DNA of 64,000 bases from the NCBI GenBank assembly GCA_041287245.1, contig JBEULP010000039.1, positions 1 through 64,000 of the forward strand. The letters run 5' to 3'. The stretch is from Infirmifilum sp. (lineage in GTDB: Archaea > Thermoproteota > Thermoprotei > Thermofilales > Thermofilaceae). Under the pieces are notes generated by a model. The model ran no database searches. It worked only from the letters and a program-made list of their open reading frames with translations, and was not told the DNA's origin. Positions 13,675-23,620 of the stretch are shown here, one piece after another. The position numbers and the translations under genes are program-made. The first letter of the stretch is position 1, and each line of letters starts with the position of its first letter.

Positions 13675-14124
13675 TTATTGACGTTTTACTCGTGAGATCA
13701 ACTTGCGGTCAACGGCTAGTTGTTTTTTAAAAATATCCATTTGCGCTGGGGGGATTCGCCGTAGACTAGTCACGGAAACATAGACATAGCCGTACTCGCG
13801 TAGAACACCATAAGCTAGGGCTGGCGCGTTCTCGCCAAGCTCCTCGGTGCTTATACGCCTCTCGCTCTCACGCCAGACCCTAAGCAGAACCTCAGCACCG
13901 TCGAGTGAGAGGATATAGTCCCTAAATACCTTCCCATCACGTTGGCCAGTTATGATTCCCACGGTGCTAATACGCCGCGTCATTACGAGTAGATCATCTA
14001 CCCTGAGTTGGAGATAAACAGCGCCCGCTTCTCTAACAATGTTCTCTTCCTTTAACTCAGCTGGCAATACTCTCAAGTATCCGTCGATGACCAGCTTTTC
14101 TATTAAGCCCCCCGCTTCATACAC
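13675..14124 (-). CDS. Hypothetical protein, possible OB-fold (RPA32/Stn1-like)
   Basis: VGIITG...YILSLDG..VLLRVW...YGVLREY...VSVTSLRRI pattern; the fold call is inference. Confidence 0.6.
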   Translation of the reverse strand: MYEAGGLIEKLVIDGYLRVLPAELKEENIVREAGAVYLQLRVDDLLVMTRRISTVGIITGQRDGKVFRDYILSLDGAEVLLRVWRESERRISTEELGENAPALAYGVLREYGYVYVSVTSLRRIPPAQMDIFKKQLAVDRKLISRVKRQ

Positions 14125-14146
14125 GACGTTTAAGTTTTAAGCTTTA

Positions 14147-14185
14147 GCGTGAAGTTGGTTCTGGGCTATGCGCGCGTGAAGTTGG
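14147..14185. repeat. 12-bp perfect direct repeat GCGTGAAGTTGG (14147-14158, 14174-14185)
   Basis: Read directly; lies between divergent start codons 14124(-) and 14214(+). Confidence 0.85.
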
Positions 14186-14213
14186 CGGACTTTTAAAAGC
14201 TGAAGCTTTTCAA

Positions 14214-15191
14214 TTGATGCGGCAAGGAATTAGTGTGGGCTTGTCTCCTCTAGGCTTTTCCCGACTAAAAATCCCACAAGGTCACATTCTAATCATTGGT
14301 CCCACGGGGGCGGGGAAGACAAACACAGCTAAAGTACTAGTTGAAGAGTGCATTGAGAGAGGTCTAGATATTCTTGTTCTCGACTGGCACGGCGAGTATA
14401 GGGGCCTTGCCCGTTATATACCTGGAGAGAATCTGTCTATGAATCTGCTTGGAGGCACATCCCCCGTTAACGACGCTGAGTTCATAGTTGACCTTCTATC
14501 CCAGGTCTTCCAGCTCTCCGAGCCTCAATGGTACCTCCTGCAGAAAAGTTTTAGAGACGTGAAGGTTGAGACGTTAAAACTCTCGCAGCTTGTAGAAGCG
14601 GTGGAGGAACAGCCTGCGCGGGACTATAAGGAGTACGAGATAAAAGCAGCCCTGCTGCGTAGATTGTCGCTGCTTAACGATGGGCTTCTTGGACAAGTTC
14701 TAAACGGTGATACTTCGCCTTATTTTCTTTTCGAGAGAAGTGCTATTGTGGATCTCAGCCCGCTTCCGCTTAAGTACAGGGGCCTGCTGGCACTTGTGAT
14801 CCTGAAGCACCTTTATGATTATGCGGTTTTTAACCGGGGTATTACGGATGAAATGACGCACGCGACGCTTCTAGAGGAAGCGTGGAACATCATACCATAC
14901 CGGGCAAGGTGGGAACCGCCGACTATAGGAGAGAGGCTTTTCCTCGAGATCCGGAAGTTCGGAGAGATGCTAATAGGGGTTTCTCAGAGACTTGACGACC
15001 TCTCCGAACGTGTTATACGTAACGCCCAGCTTATTCTCCTTCACTCTCCGTCGTCTCAGGATCTTCAAAAAATAGGTGTGCCGAGGGAGTTCAATGATAG
15101 CGTAACGTTAAAAGCGAAGCGAGGGCTAGTGTACGCTGTATACCCTGACGGCATAAAAATAGTTAGGGTTCGCCGATCCAAATTTCTCTAA
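14214..15191 (+). CDS. HerA/VirB4-like (DUF87) ATPase lacking an N-terminal barrel
   Basis: HILIIGPTGAGKT, LVLDWHGEY, LLEEAW, EIRKFG, VSQR motifs. Confidence 0.85.
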   Translation: MMRQGISVGLSPLGFSRLKIPQGHILIIGPTGAGKTNTAKVLVEECIERGLDILVLDWHGEYRGLARYIPGENLSMNLLGGTSPVNDAEFIVDLLSQVFQLSEPQWYLLQKSFRDVKVETLKLSQLVEAVEEQPARDYKEYEIKAALLRRLSLLNDGLLGQVLNGDTSPYFLFERSAIVDLSPLPLKYRGLLALVILKHLYDYAVFNRGITDEMTHATLLEEAWNIIPYRARWEPPTIGERLFLEIRKFGEMLIGVSQRLDDLSERVIRNAQLILLHSPSSQDLQKIGVPREFNDSVTLKAKRGLVYAVYPDGIKIVRVRRSKFL

Positions 15192-15253
15192 AGCATGTAA
15201 AATTATCGCAAATAAGATATATTTATCTCCGTGTTTAATTCACGGTGTTGTAG

Positions 15254-15529
15254 ATGCAGAGGAAGGAAAAGAGGCTGAGGCTACGCAGAAAGGATGAAGT
15301 CCCTGAGGGCAAGGCATACATGAACCCCGTTACAATGTCAGAGCTAGGGATAACGTCTTCAATCGAAGTTGTTATAGCAGGTAAAAAGAAGCTGTATTTT
15401 ACAAGCCAGCCGCTCGATAACGTCCCACCTAATGAGGTATGGTGCAGCACCGACGAGCTTAAAACTCAGGGCGTGGCAGATAACACGATTGCAACAGTTA
15501 GAGCTTCACAGGTGACCGTGAATGTCTAA
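15254..15529 (+). CDS. Small protein, probable stand-alone double-psi beta-barrel (Cdc48 N-domain-like)
   Basis: Two-fold internal pattern VPEGKAYMNPVTMSELGI..IEV / VPPNEVWCSTDELKTQGV..IATV. Confidence 0.65.
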   Translation: MQRKEKRLRLRRKDEVPEGKAYMNPVTMSELGITSSIEVVIAGKKKLYFTSQPLDNVPPNEVWCSTDELKTQGVADNTIATVRASQVTVNV

Positions 15530-16175
15530 TGTATCGATCGCAGATGCTAAGCTAATACTCATACTTCGTAAAGAGCTTACTTTAGCTCAGGAAATCGTCG
15601 CCAATATAACGAGAGTTCTTAAGACCATTGACGATGTCTCCCAACGGGAGGAGCAGAAAAAATTACTTGATAATATTCACAAGATGAAGAACGAGACGAA
15701 AGATCTTCAGACCGAATACATTACCTATCTTTCAAAGATTTACCGCATGCTAGAACACAAAGAAGAATGGGTTCGCATAGGCTCACGCATAATGGAGGTT
15801 ATAGACAGGCTAAGCGGGATAACATACAGGTTAAGTTTTCTATTAGAGCGTAACTGGGTTGTTCCTACCAACATTAAAGACGGACTTGTCGAGATGTGCA
15901 CGGAGCTCGAGAAAACCCTTCAAACAATGGATGATCTTCTCAACAAGCTTCAGACGAGTCCCGCTCAAGCATTAGAGTCCATAAGGCAAATCTCAGACTT
16001 AGAGAATAAAATCGACTCCATCTATAGGAGCACGATCTTCAGCATACTAGACTCTAACGTTTCAAGCAGTACTTCCCTGCTACTGCTAAGCATAGCCGAA
16101 ATGCTTGAAGATAGCTCAGACACCCTCTACGACTTAACCACGAACGTTTACATTTTGCTCTTTTACCTCTTATAG
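15522..16175 (+). CDS. DUF47/PhoU-like helical protein
   Basis: ISDLENKIDSIYR...IAEMLEDSSD duplicated helical-bundle motif. Confidence 0.75.
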   Translation: MSNVSIADAKLILILRKELTLAQEIVANITRVLKTIDDVSQREEQKKLLDNIHKMKNETKDLQTEYITYLSKIYRMLEHKEEWVRIGSRIMEVIDRLSGITYRLSFLLERNWVVPTNIKDGLVEMCTELEKTLQTMDDLLNKLQTSPAQALESIRQISDLENKIDSIYRSTIFSILDSNVSSSTSLLLLSIAEMLEDSSDTLYDLTTNVYILLFYLL

Positions 16176-16246
16176 ACTTCGCCGGCCACTATCACAATTT
16201 CTCTCTAATTTTTACGCGCTTAGTGTTAGCTGGGCGTGCCCGCGCG

Positions 16247-18616
16247 TTATACAAAGTCGAAGAGAGAAGGCTGCTTTTTTCCTGTGGAGAAATGTTCCTC
16301 CTTTATTCCAAAGTACTCGAGGATTCGCAGTGCGGCAGGGATAATCTGGCGCTTAACATAATAATCTACGTCAACTTCCTCAATACTCTTAACCATGAAG
16401 AATGGCAAGGCCTTCTCGGACACCTTCTCACCGCCTTTGACGACAACATAGCCTACCTTTGAGCCCCTGCTCACCCGCCAGCCGTGGCTCATCATAAGCT
16501 TTGCTGCTCTCACGTGAGGCGCATCCACCTCATACTCATCAAGGTTTTTAGAGAGTGTTTTCCAAATCACCAGCTTTTGTAGTGAGATTTTGCCCTCCTC
16601 CAGCTCTTTTATAACATTCCTAACGTATTCCACAGCCTTCCAGGGATCACCCTCTTTTAAAATGATCTCAATAACCTTCTCCTGTATTTCCTTTGAAATC
16701 TCGGCCCAGTCCCCCCTAACAGCCTCTAAGCCTACAACGTCGATACGCCCGTCTCGCAATAACCCGCAATATCTCTTCTTCGCCTCTGTAAAGAAGACTT
16801 TAACGTAAACTTTATCGATTTTTATCTCAAAGCCAAGCTCTTTTTCAACAAACTCTACGAGCTTCTGGATTTTTTCAGGATCGTTTTTCACGAAAACGCT
16901 GTCAGTGTCACCGTAGATTACGCGCAAACCGATCTTGTTCGCGTAAGCTAGTGTATTCTTTATCAGCTCTCTGCCCCACGCGGTTGTCGACTCGGCAACC
17001 TCCCTCATATACCACCTTGCAGCCCCCCAACCACTATACCCGTAGGTAGCGTTAGCCACAACCTTTATGGCCTTTTGCCTCTCATCGAGAATCCTATATA
17101 AATCGCTCCTTGGTTCCAGTCTTCTCATCTGCTCTCGGATTCTTTGCCTAGCATCAATGAGATCCTCAAGAACCTTCGTATAAAAACCCTTAGGAGCCCT
17201 CCTAAACCGATGACCCACCCCCGGGGCAATGTAAACTTCTTCGACAGGCAGATCCACATTTGAAGGTACATAGGTATCCGGGGATATGTTGTATTTAATC
17301 ATGATATTCGGATACATAGAGGAGAAGTCAAGTACAGCAATATCACTATGAATTCCCGGCTCGGGTTTTAGGACGATCGCACCAGTATACGTCTCCTCCC
17401 TCCTCTCCTGGGAGTTAGGAGCGAGCTCGCCCCGCTTGAAGGCCTCGCGGAGCAGGAACCACTCCACCCTGTTACCTACGGATGCAGTTAATATTTGATC
17501 GAGAGGGAGCCCGACCAGGCTTGAAAGCTGAACTGCAAAGGGTAAGACCGCCTCCGCCAGCTTATACGTGCTTAAGGCGTCGTCGCGGTTATACTGCTTA
17601 AGTAGTTCTCTCTGCGCTTTATCGTCCCAGTATTGATATATAAGCATGGGATCAAGTAGCACTCTTTCCTCCTTTTTTACAAGCCCCAAATAGTCCACAA
17701 CGTTTTCAAGGGTTTTCACCTTAACCTCCGGAATCTCGCTTGCATAGTCATAGAGATCAACATTCGCACGCCCAACAATGCTGATGTGCCCATAGACGCT
17801 TTGGGCAGGCTCGCCTCTACCTCTAGCGACATCCAGCTTTAAGCCGTTTTTACGTGCTCGTGCAATCAGGTAAGGCCAGTCGAAACGGTTGTTGTTGTAC
17901 CCTACGATAACATCCGGGTCCTGCTCTATGACATCCTGTACAAATTCTTTAATAAGGCGTGAGTCGTCACGGTCATCAGCCTCAAAGGTCTCAGCACCAT
18001 CCCCTGTGACCCGACTAAGTAAAAGAATATTGTCCCTCTCCGGGTCAGGCTCGCCAAACTTATTGTAGCACTCTATATCGAACGCGTAGATCTTTAGAAG
18101 GGGGATTTTTTGTTCGTCCAGGGGCTTCGGCGGCTCTAATGCTCGAAAAACGCGGTCTACACGCCACCTGGAGCTGTTTTCAGTCTCTTCAACCTTAACG
18201 ACATGCCAAGAGCTAGGTCTTACGTCATTGTCGATCATGTAACGCATGTAGAATCTGATGTCAGCCTCGAGAACCTCCTTCACACCTTTAACCTTAGCAG
18301 CAACCTCTCGCGCCTTAGGCACGTCGCGAGGATCGGACAAATTAACCCTAACAGCCTCCACCGGCATACCAAAGTACTTCTTTTGCACTTTTTCCAGAGA
18401 AAGGACATGGAAACCTGAAAGGCTAGCACGCACAGCTTTTAAAAAGTTTTCATCGACGATGTTCTCACGGGGTAGCAGATAGAAATAGGGGCGGAAGCCC
18501 CGGTCAATAATGACGACCCGCTCTCCGTTCTCATTTATACCCCACATCCTAATCTCTGGAACACCGTTTACAACGTCATAGCTAATGTCCAGGAGCCAGA
18601 AGACCTCTTCCTTCAC
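16247..18616 (-). CDS. polB: Family B DNA polymerase (PolB3-like), no intein
   Basis: FDIE and FDWPY exonuclease motifs; DFSSMYPNI, KVVANATYGY, YGDTDS, KKRY; C-terminal PIP box QPSLFDFV. Confidence 0.96.
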   Translation of the reverse strand: MKEEVFWLLDISYDVVNGVPEIRMWGINENGERVVIIDRGFRPYFYLLPRENIVDENFLKAVRASLSGFHVLSLEKVQKKYFGMPVEAVRVNLSDPRDVPKAREVAAKVKGVKEVLEADIRFYMRYMIDNDVRPSSWHVVKVEETENSSRWRVDRVFRALEPPKPLDEQKIPLLKIYAFDIECYNKFGEPDPERDNILLLSRVTGDGAETFEADDRDDSRLIKEFVQDVIEQDPDVIVGYNNNRFDWPYLIARARKNGLKLDVARGRGEPAQSVYGHISIVGRANVDLYDYASEIPEVKVKTLENVVDYLGLVKKEERVLLDPMLIYQYWDDKAQRELLKQYNRDDALSTYKLAEAVLPFAVQLSSLVGLPLDQILTASVGNRVEWFLLREAFKRGELAPNSQERREETYTGAIVLKPEPGIHSDIAVLDFSSMYPNIMIKYNISPDTYVPSNVDLPVEEVYIAPGVGHRFRRAPKGFYTKVLEDLIDARQRIREQMRRLEPRSDLYRILDERQKAIKVVANATYGYSGWGAARWYMREVAESTTAWGRELIKNTLAYANKIGLRVIYGDTDSVFVKNDPEKIQKLVEFVEKELGFEIKIDKVYVKVFFTEAKKRYCGLLRDGRIDVVGLEAVRGDWAEISKEIQEKVIEIILKEGDPWKAVEYVRNVIKELEEGKISLQKLVIWKTLSKNLDEYEVDAPHVRAAKLMMSHGWRVSRGSKVGYVVVKGGEKVSEKALPFFMVKSIEEVDVDYYVKRQIIPAALRILEYFGIKEEHFSTGKKQPSLFDFV

Positions 18617-18664
18617 GACTCTCTAAGAATTAGTTAAAAACCAAGCCTAAAAAACTAGCGGGCT

Positions 18665-19276
18665 TTAGTGTTGTATAGGCCAGGTTAGGGTTTTCTCGCG
18701 GCTCCCCTGCTTCGTGATTGTCAGTACGTCGATTCCGTCGCCGCTAGCCGCGTCGCGCCTCATAGCCGCCTCGATGGCTTTTACAGCGAGATTCTCAGCG
18801 GCCTCTATGTCCATAGAGGGCGAGTAATTATTCTCGATAATGCTTATAGCAAGCTGGGTTCCTGAACCAAGAGCTATGTAATCATCCTCGATTATGGCCC
18901 CAATAGGATCCAGAGAGTACAAGTGTGATCCATTCTCGTCCAGTCCACCAATAACCATTTCTGCGAAATACGGGAATAATCGTCTTCCATAGAGAATATA
19001 TGAAAGTAGCTTAGCCGCTGTCCAAACACTAGGCGAAATCCCAGCGTCCAACTCATAAATACGCATTTCGAACTCAATAATCCTAGCTAGGGTTTGCATG
19101 TCAGCCATCAGACCCGCGCTTGCAAGTCCCATTCTATCGAGTATCCTATAGACCTTTTTCCCAGATTTACTCATAAGGTAAAGACCGTACGTTACTCTTT
19201 TTTCGGCAGCTAGGACAACGCCATCAGCGACTTTAATTCCAACAGTGGTTCCAGGAAGCTGCTCTATCTCTCCCAT
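18665..19276 (-). CDS. psmB: Proteasome subunit beta (probably non-catalytic type)
   Basis: TTVGIKVADGVVLAAEKR, GSG and RDAASG motifs; PGTTVG instead of G-TTTVG. Confidence 0.93.
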   Translation of the reverse strand: MGEIEQLPGTTVGIKVADGVVLAAEKRVTYGLYLMSKSGKKVYRILDRMGLASAGLMADMQTLARIIEFEMRIYELDAGISPSVWTAAKLLSYILYGRRLFPYFAEMVIGGLDENGSHLYSLDPIGAIIEDDYIALGSGTQLAISIIENNYSPSMDIEAAENLAVKAIEAAMRRDAASGDGIDVLTITKQGSREKTLTWPIQH

Positions 19277-19532
19277 ATTTATGCCCTAAATGAAAAAACA
19301 AGCTGAGCTATAAGCATTGCTAATGTGTCGCGCAAGAGCATGTTTACAGTGTTGTTTTCATCCCCGTTACGCGTCTACGGCGAGAGTAGGAATATTACAG
19401 AGAAGTTTCAAGACTTGACTTAGAGCTCTCACGGCTTTCTCTTGTCTGCCATATGCATAGCACAACGTTAGAAAAACTTAAAACCCTCGCCACGTAATAT
19501 TTTAAAGTAGCGCTGCTAATGTGGACTAAACT

Positions 19533-20465
19533 ATGGCTGAGAGAAAACCCAAGCATGAGCAGCATCTTTATGTTAAGCTTCCATCGAATGAGTACTGTAT
19601 TGACTCAATCTTAATATCACGCTCAGGACTTGTCATCACCAAAGAAACTGAGGATGCTACAAGAATCACGCCGAATGTAGCTAGTACCCTTAAAACTGTA
19701 GCAGACTTCCTCGATGCCTTACCTATAATTTTGTCAGACAAACTTTCAGACGAGAAGGTCGAGGAAAATATCATTTACTCTAGACATAATGTCCCTGTAG
19801 TCAACAAGGAAACCTTTCGGGAACTAATATCCGGTACAAAGTTACCACTTGTCTACTTTACCCACGGTGGAGTTTATGTAAAAGTAAACGGCTCGAAGCT
19901 TAAGGAGCTACGTGAGAAGGTCGGGTTAAGCAGGGGAGAGCTTGCCTGGCGTATCGGTGTTTCGAACAAAGCGATCGCTAATTATGAGGAGGGGGAGAGC
20001 GACGTAAGCCTTGAAGTTGCGTGGAAGCTGGAGGAAATCTTTGGAGATGAAATTTTCGAAGAATTGTCGATGAAGTCTTTGAAGGAGATTTTTAATGAGA
20101 AAATTAAGGCTTTAGAAATTGAGCCAAGAGATGTAGTGTTAAGGGCGCTATTTAGTGAACTGAGAGAATATGGATTTAGAAATTACGTTTTTTTAAAGGC
20201 GCCCTTCGATGCAGGCGTTAAGTTTGTCCAAGAGAAGATTAAAATAAAAATAGCCATTAAAAAGGAGCCCGCCTCGGAGGAAGTAGAGCTTGCCAGTGAA
20301 GTATCCGAGAAAACCCAAACACCACTTGTAGTCATTTCATCCAGTAAAGAGGACGTCGAGGGTCACGAAAACCTATTCTTCGTTCAAGGCAAAGATCCCC
20401 ACAAGATTCGAGATGTAATTCTCAGGATTTATCACCGCGAGGAACAAAGAAGTCTTAGTTCATAG
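19533..20465 (+). CDS. Archaeal HTH transcriptional regulator (COG1395-like)
   Basis: GGVYVKVNGSKLKELREKVGLSRGELAWRIGVS Cro/XRE HTH; KAPFDA. Confidence 0.85.
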   Translation: MAERKPKHEQHLYVKLPSNEYCIDSILISRSGLVITKETEDATRITPNVASTLKTVADFLDALPIILSDKLSDEKVEENIIYSRHNVPVVNKETFRELISGTKLPLVYFTHGGVYVKVNGSKLKELREKVGLSRGELAWRIGVSNKAIANYEEGESDVSLEVAWKLEEIFGDEIFEELSMKSLKEIFNEKIKALEIEPRDVVLRALFSELREYGFRNYVFLKAPFDAGVKFVQEKIKIKIAIKKEPASEEVELASEVSEKTQTPLVVISSSKEDVEGHENLFFVQGKDPHKIRDVILRIYHREEQRSLSS

Positions 20466-20474
20466 GCAAAAATT

Positions 20475-21656
20475 ATGGATCCATGCGTGCTTCGTGAAAC
20501 TAGGGAAGGCAAAGCCATTATTCAACACTGTGACCTGAAGGAACTAGCAGTTAAAGAAGGATATGTTGACCCAGCATGGGCTCCTGTTTTTTATAACCCC
20601 AGGATGCAATGCTCCCGGGATCTTTCCACCGTTATCGTCTCTGTATATGCAAAGTACACAGGCAGAAACGATTTGCACGTCGTAGACGTGATGTGCGGTA
20701 CGGGTGCGAGGGGTATAAGATACGCACTCGAGGTTCCAGGCGTCTCCAAGGTAACGTTGAATGACGCAAACCCTAAGGCAGCAGAACTCACCCGGCGAAA
20801 CGTTGCCCTAAACTCCGTGACGGATATGACTCAGGTTGAAAACCGGGAGGCGCACGGTGTCTTAGCAACGGTAAAGGCTGATGTAATAGATTTAGATCCT
20901 TTCGGGACGCCGGCGCCTTTCGTGCATCCCGCTTTAAAAGCTCTGAGGCATAAAGGCTTACTATGCGTGACTGCAACAGATCTGCCTCCTCTACTCGGAA
21001 TATATCCTAGAGCTTGCATGAGAAAATATTTCTCGCTAAGCTTTAAGTCAGAGTTTTCTAGGGAAATGGCCGTTAGAATACTGCTTTACTTTGTGGCACG
21101 CGAAGCGGCGAAGCTAGGGAGAAGGATAAGGCCTTTTTACTCGTATTATCTCGACCACCATGTTAGGATTTGCGTAATTGTAGAGAAAAGTCCTGAGAGC
21201 AGTTTTTTAGAGAGAAACATAGGATTTTTACTTTACAATCCTAGTACACTTGAGAGAACATTAGTTCGAATCCCCGATTTTCAGTCAGCTCTCTCTAAGG
21301 CGATTATTTCTCCACCATATCAGCTGGGGGGCCCATTATGGCTCGGTAAACTATGGGACGAAAGGACTGTTGTCGACGTTGAGAGTGAGTATGTTTCTCG
21401 TCTAGACAGTTACAGTTACTGTAAGAGAGGGGCAGGCATCGTAAGGAGGATAAGAGAAGAATTCATGTTGAACCCTTTCTACTATACTACGGAGAAAATA
21501 GCCTCAACCTTCCACCTACCTTTTGAGGCTCCGCCGCTCGAGGTAGTAAGAAAGCTCAGCTCAATGGGCTATCCTTCTTCGCTTACACATTTTGATCCTA
21601 AGGGGGTTCGGACAGAAGCACCAGTTAAAACTATACTCGAGATTTGGCACTCTTAA
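20475..21656 (+). CDS. trm1: tRNA (guanine26-N2)-dimethyltransferase
   Basis: VFYNPRM..SRD, GTGARGIRY, DLDPFGTP, VTATD, GPLWLG, THF..GVRT. Confidence 0.95.
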   Translation: MDPCVLRETREGKAIIQHCDLKELAVKEGYVDPAWAPVFYNPRMQCSRDLSTVIVSVYAKYTGRNDLHVVDVMCGTGARGIRYALEVPGVSKVTLNDANPKAAELTRRNVALNSVTDMTQVENREAHGVLATVKADVIDLDPFGTPAPFVHPALKALRHKGLLCVTATDLPPLLGIYPRACMRKYFSLSFKSEFSREMAVRILLYFVAREAAKLGRRIRPFYSYYLDHHVRICVIVEKSPESSFLERNIGFLLYNPSTLERTLVRIPDFQSALSKAIISPPYQLGGPLWLGKLWDERTVVDVESEYVSRLDSYSYCKRGAGIVRRIREEFMLNPFYYTTEKIASTFHLPFEAPPLEVVRKLSSMGYPSSLTHFDPKGVRTEAPVKTILEIWHS

Positions 21657-21703
21657 AGAAAGGTTTATGAACCACGATTCTAACCGCATGTAAGGTTAGA
21701 AAG

Positions 21704-22264
21704 ATGGGCTATCAAAAGTATCTTGCAAAGATATGGAAAAAGCCGTTAAGTGGTGAGCACGAAGCAGTTATGAAGGAAAGGTTTATCCTATGGAGGAAAG
21801 AGCCTACCGTAGTACGTGTCGAGAAGCCAACACGTATAGACCGCGCAAGAGCCTTTGGATATAAAGCAAAGCAGGGATACGTCATTGTTAGAGTTCGTAT
21901 AAGGAAGGGAGGGCTTAACAGGCCTAGGCCTAGCAGTGGTAGGAGGCCAAAGAGGATGGGTGTTGAAGGTTATAGTCCTCACAAAAGCGCTCGCTGGATC
22001 GCAGAGGAAAAAGCCGCGCGAAAGTTCCCCAATCTCGTCGTCCTGGGTTCCTACTGGGTTGGCGAGGACGGCGTATATAAGTGGTACGAGGTTGTAATGG
22101 CTGATCCTAACCATCCTTCGATAAAGAATGATCCGGAGAGAAGGTGGATAGCCGGTTTTACTACCAGAAAAGATTATGGTGTGACTCGCGAGAAGCTTCT
22201 TAAAATCCTAGAGAAAGCTAATGTTACCGAAGAATCAGAAACCAAGGAGAATTACGAACGATGA
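21704..22264 (+). CDS. rpl15e: 50S ribosomal protein L15e
   Basis: [32 protein letters not shown]. Confidence 0.97.
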   Translation: MGYQKYLAKIWKKPLSGEHEAVMKERFILWRKEPTVVRVEKPTRIDRARAFGYKAKQGYVIVRVRIRKGGLNRPRPSSGRRPKRMGVEGYSPHKSARWIAEEKAARKFPNLVVLGSYWVGEDGVYKWYEVVMADPNHPSIKNDPERRWIAGFTTRKDYGVTREKLLKILEKANVTEESETKENYER

Positions 22265-22719
22265 AAAAGTCCCGAGTAGCTGTTTCGGTCGAGATCTCAA
22301 CCTCTGCACATGCAACCGAAGACGAGGAACGTGTTATTAAAGCTATGTTGAATATTCTTCCGGAGGAGCTCAGAAGCGAGGAGCTATCAAATCTAAGGAA
22401 AAACCTCAGCTATGGCTTTTATGGGAATCCTATAGTTCTTTTTAATCTTGAACTTTTAGAGGAAAAGGCCGATAAAGTTGTATTCTACGTTTTCTCAAGG
22501 ATGCACAGAGAGGATCTCGAGGAAGTCTTTAATGATTTTGAAAACAGGTTTGCGAAAGGAAGGCTTTATCTACGTTTCGACAAACAGGAAGCATATTACG
22601 GGGAGCTAAAGCTGAGTAGTGCAGACGAAATTATAAGATGCATTATAAAGTTCAAACCCCACATAAGAAAGCCGGAAGACATTAAAATAGCCTTAAAAGA
22701 ACAAGGAATCACCATTTAA
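22261..22719 (+). CDS. Predicted exosome-associated RNA-binding protein (COG1325/DUF54)
   Basis: [27 protein letters not shown]. Confidence 0.88.
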   Translation: MKKSRVAVSVEISTSAHATEDEERVIKAMLNILPEELRSEELSNLRKNLSYGFYGNPIVLFNLELLEEKADKVVFYVFSRMHREDLEEVFNDFENRFAKGRLYLRFDKQEAYYGELKLSSADEIIRCIIKFKPHIRKPEDIKIALKEQGITI

Positions 22720-22861
22720 AATATATAAGCCCGGTCCTGCTCCAGAACCATCGTTCCCCTAGGAGCTTAAAAAACCTTGTTTTCAAGTATATATTATTTT
22801 TCACTACGCGTGTGTGCCCGACGCCCTAGTTTTTATATGCTGGCCGAGGGTGATGTGAAAC

Positions 22862-23620
22862 GTGGGTACGCGCTTTTATGACGTGTACTGTGGGCTACTC
22901 AAGAGTTTTACACTAGAAGAAGTTGACCGTTTTTACCAGAGTTCTCTCAAACGGGGGTTTTACGGCTGTGCCCCCTGCATTGAGGTGGTCGAGAACGAAG
23001 ACATTGGCATGTTGAGAGAAAAGCTTGAGACGGTACGCAGGGCATTCGACGACTTAAACGAGAAGGGCGAGAGGGTTTATCTGAGGTGTACTCTTAAGAT
23101 AGGCTCTCAAGGTAGGGTTAAACGCCTTCTCCCGCTTATCAGGAGGAAATGTGACCTTGTAGCCATAGAAGCCGCGTCGCGAGAAATTGCCGCTTTTGCA
23201 AGTCGAGATAGACGAATAGATATTATTACGCTTGTCCCTAACGTTTCACCTATTCTATTTAGAGGTGATATTTCTTACCTTTACGAGTATGGTAAGTTCA
23301 TTGAAGTAGTTTTTGCATCTATAATAGATGAAAATCCTCTACAGTTTGCAAGAAAGCTAGCTTATACGCGTAGCCTGCTACAAAGACCCTTAGCTAAAAA
23401 CCTTCCAGTCTTAATCTCAAGCGGCCCGACGGGCAGTGTTGATTCACGCGCCCTGCTTTCCTTCGCTGAAACAGTTCTAGGCATAAAATATCTGCATCTT
23501 AGGCAAGCCATGTCTACCCAAATAGAAAAGAAGCTTAGTGAAAACCAAGAAAAAAGACAAGGGATAATCCCCGTGGAGGGAGTTCGCCTCGAAACTGGTG
23601 GTCAAGATGAGGGAAGTTAA
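22862..23620 (+). CDS. rnp3: Ribonuclease P protein component 3 (Rpp30)
   Basis: PHP-like pattern (DLVAI...RRIDII...LISSG); exosome/RNase P superoperon context. Confidence 0.8.
   Translation: MGTRFYDVYCGLLKSFTLEEVDRFYQSSLKRGFYGCAPCIEVVENEDIGMLREKLETVRRAFDDLNEKGERVYLRCTLKIGSQGRVKRLLPLIRRKCDLVAIEAASREIAAFASRDRRIDIITLVPNVSPILFRGDISYLYEYGKFIEVVFASIIDENPLQFARKLAYTRSLLQRPLAKNLPVLISSGPTGSVDSRALLSFAETVLGIKYLHLRQAMSTQIEKKLSENQEKRQGIIPVEGVRLETGGQDEGS

Noticed and set aside
14147..14185. Mini-CRISPR (repeat-spacer-repeat)
   Set aside because: The 12-nt repeat and 15-nt spacer are far too short; only two copies; no cas genes.
12795..16246. Integrated element downstream of tRNA-Gly
   Set aside because: No integrase, no duplicated tRNA 3' end noticed, no obvious compositional shift.
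16247..18616. Intein or inactivated PolB2-type polymerase
   Set aside because: Normal length with intact exonuclease and polymerase catalytic motifs.
19277..19532. Small gene in the psmB-regulator spacer
   Set aside because: Manual translation gave only short frames with no recognisable motif.
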